Shown here one piece after another: positions 56,386-64,000 of a stretch of 64,000 nucleotides of DNA. Origin of the DNA: an uncultured delta proteobacterium (GTDB lineage Bacteria; Desulfobacterota; Desulfobaccia; Desulfobaccales; 0-14-0-80-60-11); NCBI GenBank assembly GCA_963812015.1, contig CAWETI010000003.1:2048001-2112000 (forward strand), read 5' to 3'. Position 1 is the first letter of the stretch. Each line of letters opens with the position of its first letter. The position numbers and the translations under genes were made by a program. The notes under the pieces were generated by a model. That model was not told where the DNA came from and did not search any database. It saw only the letters and a list, made by a program, of their open reading frames with translations.

Positions 56386-57150
56386 TCAGTCATGATTCTT
56401 GTCAATAGAATCCGGCGGCCCACCTGGATGGATAACATAAAGAAAATATTCCTGATTCCCCTTGGGGCCCTTCAAGGGCGAGGGAAAAGCCGGACTCACT
56501 TGAAAGCCCAGATCGGTGGCTGCCGCAGCCACCTTTTGGACCGCCGCCCGTTGCATCTCTGGGTCCCGGACCACCCCGCCTTTGCCCACCTGGCCTTTGC
56601 CCACTTCGAATTGGGGTTTTACCAGGGCCACGATCTCCCCCCCGGGCCGGAGCCATTGCAGGATTTTCGGAAGCACCAGGGTCAGGGAGATGAAGGACAG
56701 GTCCAGGGTGGCCAAATCAATGGGCTCGGGGATGGCTTCTTTGGGCAGGTGGCGGATGTTGACGCGCTCCAGCACCACCACCCGGGGGTCGTGCCTGAGG
56801 CCGGCGTCCAGCTGCCCATAGCCCACATCTACGGCATAGACTTTCCGGACGCCCCGGGTCAGGAGGCAGTGGGTGAAGCCCCCGGTGGAGGCCCCCGTAT
56901 CCAGAGCCGTCTTGCCGGCGGGGGAGATCTCAAAATGGTCCAAGGCCCCGGCCAGTTTCTCTCCGCCCCGGCTGACAAAGGGGGGCGACTCCTTCAAGGT
57001 GACCTGGATTGCATCCGGCACCAGGGTGCCGGCCTTGGCCGCACTGGCCCCCTCCACCTGCACCCTTCCGGCCAGGATCAAGGCCTGGGCCTGGGCCCGG
57101 CTTTTGGCCAGGCCTCGCACCACCAGCAGTTGGTCGAGTCGCGTTTTCAT
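56386..57150 (-). CDS. tlyA: TlyA family RNA methyltransferase
   Basis: S4 RLD; FVSRGGEKL, GASTGGFT, DVGYGQL, VKPQFE, GPKGNQEY. Confidence 0.95.
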   Translation of the reverse strand: MKTRLDQLLVVRGLAKSRAQAQALILAGRVQVEGASAAKAGTLVPDAIQVTLKESPPFVSRGGEKLAGALDHFEISPAGKTALDTGASTGGFTHCLLTRGVRKVYAVDVGYGQLDAGLRHDPRVVVLERVNIRHLPKEAIPEPIDLATLDLSFISLTLVLPKILQWLRPGGEIVALVKPQFEVGKGQVGKGGVVRDPEMQRAAVQKVAAAATDLGFQVSPAFPSPLKGPKGNQEYFLYVIHPGGPPDSIDKNHD

Positions 57151-57661
57151 CTGCACCTCGCCCTGGCTCGGCGTTGACAAAATATTTACCCTGCGGCCGC
57201 CCTGATGTCACCCTGCATGGCGCTCTAGTCAAGACCGGCCCAATCCAATTCAGCCTCCAGGTCGCCTAGCGCCTGGCAGGCGTACCGGTTAACCCTTGGG
57301 GAAAATTCTATCATGAATCGGCTGACCGCAGGAATTTTCGCGATAGTTGACCTACCGGTGTTCCGGCCTTCCGCACCCCTTCATCCAGGCATTGCCCCCA
57401 TCAAACCCGCCCTTCGGGGCGATGCCGAACCTCGCGGCAGTTCTTCTGAATTTGAGGAAGGTGCGGGGCTTGGCACGATAGGTGGGCATCAGCGGGGCAT
57501 GGCGGAATGGTCCAGGAGAAAATAACAAAAACCAGAAGCTGCATGGCTCCTTCAGGATGTACCGGGGCAATAAAGTCCCGTTTATCTCACCCGCAACGGT
57601 CCTCTGGATGACGGGCCCGGGAGGCGAAATAGCCGCGGCCGCGGTCAGCCTGCGCCTGGAG

Positions 57662-58219
57662 CTAACTCGAGTAGGTTTGCCGATCTTTGAACATCCGGTA
57701 CTGGACCGCGTACCCGAAGCCCCCCAGCACCAGCACCGCCACGACCGCCAGGAAGTTGGCCCCCCCGCCCTTAAAGGCCAAGGCCGGGAAAAGCAAGCCC
57801 AGGCCCAAGACTATCTGCACGGCGCCGCTGAAGGCGGTGGATAGCATCACGAAGAGATCCCGGGCGTGATAGAACATAAACCCCACGAGCACCGCCCCCA
57901 GCCCCCCCAGCACGATCACCACTCCCTGGGAGGCATTCAGGGCCAGGCCCAATGAGCTCAAGATCATGAGGCCCAAGGCCGCCCCAATCACGATGACGCT
58001 GACACTCCAGAGGGGATAGGCGAGCACCGCCAGGACCACCGCGGCCCCGCCGCCGATCACCAGGGCCAGCCATGGATAGCCGGCCGGGACGAAGGACTGG
58101 CCAAGCACGTAGCCATAGATCAAGCCGGCCAGGACCAAGAAAATGCGGAATAATGGGTAGCCATAAAAACAACTGGCCAGACCGACGAGGATAGCGGCGA
58201 TGCCAAACCATGCATCCAT
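57662..58219 (-). CDS. DUF4203 (TMEM198-like) membrane protein
   Basis: CFYGYPLFR start, about 7 TM helices, STAFSGA. Confidence 0.75.
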   Translation of the reverse strand: MDAWFGIAAILVGLASCFYGYPLFRIFLVLAGLIYGYVLGQSFVPAGYPWLALVIGGGAAVVLAVLAYPLWSVSVIVIGAALGLMILSSLGLALNASQGVVIVLGGLGAVLVGFMFYHARDLFVMLSTAFSGAVQIVLGLGLLFPALAFKGGGANFLAVVAVLVLGGFGYAVQYRMFKDRQTYSS

Positions 58220-58533
58220 GGGCAGGGTTCCTTTCTGGTGTCTCACCGAAGATTATGCCGCAGGTTGCCTCGGCCGGTCTCGATTTTGAGCCTGGAGCCG
58301 CTTGGCCCGAGGTTTGACGGTGATGGTGGACAAACTATGACCAATTTTTTCCCAGCTCCTCCGGCTTTTTACCTGAATCGCATCGCCCCGGGCCATCTCG
58401 GTAAGGCCCGGCTATCCGGCCGCATAACTCACGATGGTCAAAAGACGCGATGAGCCGCCGGGTGAATTAAGGCCCACCCGGCAAAACTCCTGGTTCTCTC
58501 AGAACCCTCAAGCAGGCCCGGGACTCCCTATCC

Positions 58534-58908
58534 TTACAACAGCTGCTCTTTCACCAGGTATTCCATGGACCGCTGGGCATAGGTGGTCATGGTGCTGATC
58601 ATCCAGGTGAGATGGGACTGGATGTCGGCGTACATGCTGGCGTCGGCCATCCCGATGATGCCCTTCATCACCGTTTGCACCCGGGTCATGTCGGGGTGGT
58701 CGATCTGTATCTGGGTCAGGTTGACCTCCTGCTCCAGGCCTTTGAGAAAATCCAGGAAGAGCCGGCCGGCCCCTTCCCGTTCCTGCCCATCCATCTGGAT
58801 CACGGTGGTGAGCAGGCGGGATGCGAGGATAAGCTCCGCTTTCACCCGGTCGGCAAAATGAAACGTCAGAATAGCCTGTCGCCGGTTGGCCGGGAAGGCT
58901 TCAGCCAT
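58534..58908 (-). CDS. Hypothetical helical protein
   Basis: SD ggaggtg; host-like codon usage. Confidence 0.7.
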   Translation of the reverse strand: MAEAFPANRRQAILTFHFADRVKAELILASRLLTTVIQMDGQEREGAGRLFLDFLKGLEQEVNLTQIQIDHPDMTRVQTVMKGIIGMADASMYADIQSHLTWMISTMTTYAQRSMEYLVKEQLL

Positions 58909-59047
58909 ATCGTCACCTCCGATTAATCTGCCGCTCAATTTACCATATCTGCAGTGCCGCCACAACCTGGGGCCGGCGGCCCGAGACGGCCACCCCGGTT
59001 GGCCGATTCAGCTCGATCCCCGCCGGGAGGATTCACCCTGCCCACCC

Positions 59048-60481
59048 TTAAGAGGCTGAACTTTTGGGAAAGACCTCCGGTAAGGCGGTCAAGTCGGGAG
59101 TGGCAGAGATATTTTGCTTCTTGATCTTCTCCAGCAGGGTGGTGCGGTTGAGGTGGAGGAGTTGAGCCGCCCGGCTTTTTACCCAGTCGCTCTGGCGCAA
59201 AGCCTTGAGGATCAGGTTCCGTTCGAAGGCCTGGACCGCGTCGGTAAAATGGATGCCCTGGGCCGGGAATCCCTCGGCCTCTTCTTGAGCGGGAAGGATG
59301 AGCCGCTGAAACCTCTCGGGCAGGTCGGACACCTCAATGACTTCGCCTTCGGTCAGGATGATCAGGCGTTCCACCAGGTTTTCCAACTCCCGGACGTTCC
59401 CGGGCCAGGGATGCTGCAAGAGCAGGTCCTGGGCCGCGGCGCTGATACGCTTGAGGGGCTTTTTCTTGGTGCGGCTATACACCTGGAGAAAGTGCTGCAA
59501 CAGCAGCGGGATATCGGAGACCCGCTCCCGCAGGGGCGGAACCTGGATGGGAATGACATTGAGGCGGTAGAACAAATCCTCCCGGAACCGGTTCTGGCGC
59601 ACCAGTTCTTCCAGGTCCCGATTGGTGGCGGCGATCACCCGGATATCCACCCGCATCGTCTTGATGCCGCCGATTCTTTCAAAGGAGTGATCCTGGAGGA
59701 CCCGGAGGATCTTCACCTGGAGGCCGGGGCTCATCTCCGAGATCTCGTCCAAAAAGATCGTGCCGCCGCTAGCCTGCTCAAAGCGGCCGATCCGGGTGCG
59801 CACCGCATGGGTAAAGGCGCCCCGTTCGTGCCCAAAGAGCTCGCTCTCAAGCAGTTCTTCGGGGATGGCGGCGCAGTTTACCGGGATCAGGGGTCCCTCC
59901 CGACGGCAACTGTTATAATGGATGGCCCGGGCGATGAGTTCCTTGCCGGTGCCGGATTCACCCAGGATCAAGACGGTGCTGTCGGTATCCGCCACCTTAC
60001 GGATCAGATCAAAGACCCGGGTTATGGCGTGGCTGTCGCCCACCATGTTGGCGAAACCGTACCGCCGGTGGAGTTGTTTCTTCAGGTGGACATTCTCCCA
60101 TTTAAGGCGGCGGTGCTCCAGGGCCCGGGCCACCACCAGGCGGAGTTCGGTGGGGTCCACGGGTTTGGTGAAGTAATCATAGGCCCCCTGGCGCATGGCG
60201 GACACCGCGTTGGTGATGGTGCCGTAACCGGTGATGATGATGCACGGGCAGTCGGGCTGTTCCCGCCTCAGGTATTTCAGCAGTTCCATGCCGCCCAGGC
60301 CGGGTAAGGCCAGGTCGCTGAGCACCAGGTCAAAGGCCTGCTCTTTCAGGCAAAGCAAGCCCTGTTCCCCATCGGCGGCGGAGGTTACTGCGTAGCCTTC
60401 GGCCGCCAAAATCTCTTTCAAGCTCTGGAGCAGGGCCGGATCATCATCCACCACCAGGATGGAGGCGTTATCCCGTTTCAT
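59048..60481 (-). CDS. Sigma54-dependent response regulator
   Basis: REC, GESGTGKE, GAFTHA variant, HTH. Confidence 0.95.
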   Translation of the reverse strand: MKRDNASILVVDDDPALLQSLKEILAAEGYAVTSAADGEQGLLCLKEQAFDLVLSDLALPGLGGMELLKYLRREQPDCPCIIITGYGTITNAVSAMRQGAYDYFTKPVDPTELRLVVARALEHRRLKWENVHLKKQLHRRYGFANMVGDSHAITRVFDLIRKVADTDSTVLILGESGTGKELIARAIHYNSCRREGPLIPVNCAAIPEELLESELFGHERGAFTHAVRTRIGRFEQASGGTIFLDEISEMSPGLQVKILRVLQDHSFERIGGIKTMRVDIRVIAATNRDLEELVRQNRFREDLFYRLNVIPIQVPPLRERVSDIPLLLQHFLQVYSRTKKKPLKRISAAAQDLLLQHPWPGNVRELENLVERLIILTEGEVIEVSDLPERFQRLILPAQEEAEGFPAQGIHFTDAVQAFERNLILKALRQSDWVKSRAAQLLHLNRTTLLEKIKKQNISATPDLTALPEVFPKSSAS

Positions 60482-60583
60482 AAAAGATCTCCCACAGTTA
60501 GTAAAGGATACACCAAATTCCCCCGAGTGTCAATAAAATGACATACCCCAAACTCTTTCTTAATAAGGCGCGCGGGAAAAGGG

Positions 60584-60613
60584 TTGACTTGGAAAAAATA
60601 ATATTGTTATGCT
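60584..60613 (+). promoter_or_regulatory. Possible sigma70 promoter
   Basis: TTGACT-N18-TATGCT with extended TG. Confidence 0.45.
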
Positions 60614-60640
60614 GTGACAACCCTTGCGTGAGGAGAACTA

Positions 60641-61204
60641 GTGTTACCTACTCTTGCTGTAATTTTATGGGCTTATGGAATGTACGCCCTGCTTTCCTAT
60701 ATTTCCCAGCGCAAGGGCGGCCATCTCCGAAGTCGCAGCCGTTGGCGTAAGCTTACCTGGCTTACCGTAGTGGGTAGTGTCGGCGCCGGAGTGGGGGTCC
60801 TCTGCTGGTGCTGCCTCTCCCCCGACAAGAGTGATCACCGGCTGAAACTTACCGGTTTTCTAGGAACCGTATATGCCGAGGGCTGGCCGGACCGGGTAGA
60901 TCAGGGTCAGTATCCGCCAGTCAAAAGCCAGAACCAAGGGTCAGGGGAACAGCCGGTTTATGCCTTGTTGCACCCGGAGACCCCGGTAAGCCAGTTCGAG
61001 CCGGAAAAGAAACTTCCCAAACCCAGACCGGGCCGGGCCGCCAAGCAGGGGTCTTCGGTCCACGCCCAGGATAAGGCCGGTAAAACCACCAAGGCCACCA
61101 AAGCCACGGCCCCACCGTCTAAAAAGGACAAAGTGGCCGCCAAGAGCCACGCCGATAAAAAGCGGCCTTCGGCGGCGCGAGGCAAGCCGGCCAATGCCGG
61201 TTAG
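60641..61204 (+). CDS. Hypothetical membrane protein with Lys/Ala-rich tail
   Basis: SD gaggag, two TM segments, low-complexity C-terminus. Confidence 0.6.
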   Translation: MLPTLAVILWAYGMYALLSYISQRKGGHLRSRSRWRKLTWLTVVGSVGAGVGVLCWCCLSPDKSDHRLKLTGFLGTVYAEGWPDRVDQGQYPPVKSQNQGSGEQPVYALLHPETPVSQFEPEKKLPKPRPGRAAKQGSSVHAQDKAGKTTKATKATAPPSKKDKVAAKSHADKKRPSAARGKPANAG

Positions 61205-61348
61205 CAACCTGAAAGCCGCCACCCGGCGCCGGGTTGACCCACAGCCACTGTGATCCGCCACTTACCGAGACATCCGGAAGTTTTTTCCTTAAAAGCCTGG
61301 AAGCGGGGCCTCCGGCTGAAGCCGCAGCCGCGCCTGGCAGGGTAACCG

Positions 61349-62941
61349 TTGCCCCAGGTCTCAGCCACCCAGACGGGCACCATCGCCCGGGCCGCAGGCA
61401 CGGTCAGCGTCGCGGTGTTAGCCAGCCGGATTCTGGGGCTGGTGCGGGAACAAGTCTTTGCCGCGCTCTTTGGGGCCGGCTACGCCTTTGACGCCTTCGT
61501 CGTCGCCTTCCGGATTCCCAACCTCCTGCGGGACCTGTTTGCCGAAGGGGCCTTGAGCTCCGCCTTCGTCACGGTGTTCACCGATTACGATCAGCGCCTG
61601 GGGGCCGAGAAGACCTGGCGGCTGGCCAATAACGTGATCTTTTGCTTCACCCTGTTCCTGAGCCTGGTGGTCATGGCGGGGATGTGGTTCTCCCCGGAGA
61701 TCGTGAGGTTCATGGCCCCGGAATTCGGGGCGGTGCCAGGGAAGCTTCCCCTCACCACCCTGATGACCAGGATCATGTTCCCCTTCCTGGTGCTGGTGTC
61801 CCTGGCGGCCCTGGCCATGGGGGTCCTCAACACCAAAGGGAAATTCTTTGTCCCCTCCCTGTCCTCCAGTTTTTTCAATCTAGGCTCCATCGTCGCCGGG
61901 GTCGGCCTGAGCCTGGCGGCTCCCCGGTTAGGGATGGCCCCCATCGTCGGCATGGCCTGGGGCGCCCTGATCGGGGGTGGGTTGCAACTGGCGGTGCAGT
62001 TGCCCCTCCTGTGGCGGGTGGGATTTCGGATAAAACTCGTCCTGGACTTCAAAGAACCGGGGTTGCTGCGGGTCCTCAAGTTGATGCTGCCCGCGGTGGT
62101 GGGCCTGTCCGCTACTCAGATCAATAACTTTATCAATACGTTCTATGCCTCCAGTTGCGCCCAGGGCAGCGTTTCCTGGCTCAATTACGCTTACCGGTTG
62201 TTCCACCTGCCCATGGGCCTGTTCGGCGTAGCCCTGATGGTGGCTACCCTGCCGCTGGTCTCCCGCCACGCGGCCAATCATGACCTGCCCGCCCTCCAGG
62301 AAGCCCTGCAATCTTCCCTGTCCCTGGCCATCCTGGTTACCCTGCCCGCGGCCTGCGGCTTGATCTTTCTGGCCCAGCCCATCATTGCCCTCATTTATCA
62401 ACACGGCCTGTTCAGCGCCGTGGATACCCAGCAGACGGCCGCGGCCCTGGCGTTGTACGCCCTGGGGCTGGTGGCTTTTGCCGGGGTCAAGATCATGGTC
62501 CCGGTCTTTTATGCCCTGGATGACACCCGGATACCGGTGGTGGGCTCCTTTCTGACGGTGGGCGCCAACCTGCTCTTTATCCACCTCTTCCTTTCGCCCC
62601 TGCAACACCGGGCCATCGCCTTATCCACTTCCTTGAGCGTGATGGTAAATTTTCTCTTTCTCGCCGCGGTGCTCTATCGCAAACTGTCCGGTTTCAAGGT
62701 GGGCGGTCTCGTCCTCAAGCTCCTTAAGGTGGCCGGGGCCAGCTTGATTATGGGCCTGGCGGTATATTGGCTCTACCCCGTCGCCACCGCCTGGCTGGGA
62801 TCGGGCCTGTTGGGACGGACTTTGGGTTTGGGCGGGGTGATCGCCATAGGCCTGGGCCTCTATGTGGTTGTGGTGTCACAGTTGCGCATTCCGGAATTCC
62901 AGGAGATCGTGCGGCATGTACGAAGCAAGCTTAGCCGTTAA
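61349..62941 (+). CDS. murJ: Lipid II flippase MurJ
   Basis: SRILGLVRE, AFRIPNLLRDLFAEG, YAYRL..LP, FYALDDTRIP. Confidence 0.95.
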   Translation: MPQVSATQTGTIARAAGTVSVAVLASRILGLVREQVFAALFGAGYAFDAFVVAFRIPNLLRDLFAEGALSSAFVTVFTDYDQRLGAEKTWRLANNVIFCFTLFLSLVVMAGMWFSPEIVRFMAPEFGAVPGKLPLTTLMTRIMFPFLVLVSLAALAMGVLNTKGKFFVPSLSSSFFNLGSIVAGVGLSLAAPRLGMAPIVGMAWGALIGGGLQLAVQLPLLWRVGFRIKLVLDFKEPGLLRVLKLMLPAVVGLSATQINNFINTFYASSCAQGSVSWLNYAYRLFHLPMGLFGVALMVATLPLVSRHAANHDLPALQEALQSSLSLAILVTLPAACGLIFLAQPIIALIYQHGLFSAVDTQQTAAALALYALGLVAFAGVKIMVPVFYALDDTRIPVVGSFLTVGANLLFIHLFLSPLQHRAIALSTSLSVMVNFLFLAAVLYRKLSGFKVGGLVLKLLKVAGASLIMGLAVYWLYPVATAWLGSGLLGRTLGLGGVIAIGLGLYVVVVSQLRIPEFQEIVRHVRSKLSR

Positions 62942-63132
62942 GGGACAGGGAGGGCAGGTGGCGAACTGGACCGGGCCGCATCTGCCATTTATTATCAAAT
63001 TCTCGATTCTGGCCGATAGATTCTTTAGAACTCAGGCTGATGCGGGGAGGTGGGTCCTTGGATCGGCCCAGCCGTCAACCGTCCCGCGGGTGCGGCTGCA
63101 TGAGGCGATTTTGAGCCTAAGGAATCTAACCG

Positions 63133-64000
63133 GTGACTCGGTGTCGGAAACTATTCCGGCGGACCTTCTTTGGCGTCGTCCTGGCCCTGGGGCTTTTTGC
63201 CGTCCCGGCGGTTTCCCAGCCCGTGCATATTATCCTGCCGATAAAGTTGCCGCTGTTTCCTCTCCAGATACCGTCAGTGCCCTTAAACGAGACCGTCATC
63301 CGCATTCCCATGACCGTCTCCCGCCCCCCCGGCGTTCAGCGTCTCAACCTGGAGGCGACTCTGTACCGGCCATCCGGCCCCGGCCCGTTCCCGCTGGTGG
63401 TGCTGAGCCACGGCACCTCCCGAGACCCCTGGCAGCGAGTGGGAAGGCGTCTCCGCTATGACGCCCAGAGCTGGAAATTCGTCAGCATGGGATTCGCCGT
63501 GGTGATCCCCATGCGCCGCGGCTACGGCCATTCAGAGGGAGATTACGCCGAAGGCGATGGTCTCTGTGGGCACTCCTATTTTTATGAGGCCGGGCTGCAA
63601 TCGGCCAGGGATCTGCGGGCCACCGTGGAGTATGTGTCGACCCTCCCCGGCATTGACCCGCAACGCCTGGTGCTGGTGGGCCACTCCAGCGGCGGTTTCG
63701 CCTCGCTGATCCTGGCCAGCCAGGGATTGCCGGGGGTGCGGGGAGTAATTAATTTTGCTGGGGGGCGCGGTTCCACGGCGCACCAGAACTGTTCGCCTGA
63801 TAAGTTGATCGAGGCCTGTGGCCTGGCTGGGCGCACCACCCGGGTGCCCACCCTCTGGGTCTATTCGCAAAATGATTCGTATTTCCCTCCCCGGTTGGCC
63901 AGGGAGATGTCCGCCGCCTTCCGCCAGGCCGGAGGCTGGGTCGAATTCGTCATGCTCCCACCCTTTGCCGAAGAAGGGCATTATCTGTTCACGGACGTGC
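63133..64000 (+). CDS. Exported dienelactone hydrolase-family protein (3' truncated; not in ORF track)
   Basis: GTG after in-frame stop; FRRTFF Tat-like leader; PGPFPLVVLSHG, MRRGYG, GHSSGG, NDSYF, EGH. Confidence 0.85.
   Translation, partial: MTRCRKLFRRTFFGVVLALGLFAVPAVSQPVHIILPIKLPLFPLQIPSVPLNETVIRIPMTVSRPPGVQRLNLEATLYRPSGPGPFPLVVLSHGTSRDPWQRVGRRLRYDAQSWKFVSMGFAVVIPMRRGYGHSEGDYAEGDGLCGHSYFYEAGLQSARDLRATVEYVSTLPGIDPQRLVLVGHSSGGFASLILASQGLPGVRGVINFAGGRGSTAHQNCSPDKLIEACGLAGRTTRVPTLWVYSQNDSYFPPRLAREMSAAFRQAGGWVEFVMLPPFAEEGHYLFTDV

Noticed and set aside
57240..57660. Small ORF or SAM-like riboswitch upstream of tlyA
   Set aside because: Candidate 47-aa ORF has poor SD spacing and no motif; only an isolated atccagag match

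Overview
High-GC bacterial chromosomal window with no rRNA, tRNA, CRISPR, integrase or transposase that I could see. Gene content (PxxKW protein, several sigma54 activators, C-GCAxxG-C-C protein, heptamer repeats) suggests an anaerobic Desulfobacterota/deltaproteobacterium (inference). Main contents: (1) 1-14.7 kb, a sigma54-controlled sulfur-redox locus. It holds a TauE transporter, a small membrane protein, a Tat-less PhsA/PsrA-type molybdoenzyme, a 4Fe-4S subunit and a fusion of a degenerate NuoF module with an intact GltD-type flavoprotein. Nearby are a GltD-CCG fusion and a second TauE. A -24/-12 promoter and two GTTAA-N10-TTAAC enhancer-like sites are visible. (2) 14.9-18.6 kb, an arsS-type arsenosugar/radical SAM cluster with one gene inverted. 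(3) An MtrA-like/thymidylate-synthase-like/DUF4346 fusion whose catalytic core has foreign, lower-GC composition. (4) An agmatinase and deoxyhypusine-synthase-like pair split by an AT-rich gene for an unusual ClpP-fold protein. (5) Housekeeping genes (pyrE, rluB, trpS, aminotransferase, nadK, fdhD, htpX, tlyA, murJ) repeatedly interrupted by single co-oriented low-GC genes, several next to REP-like or heptamer repeats. Family calls come from motif recognition by eye, not database searches. GC statements are visual estimates.
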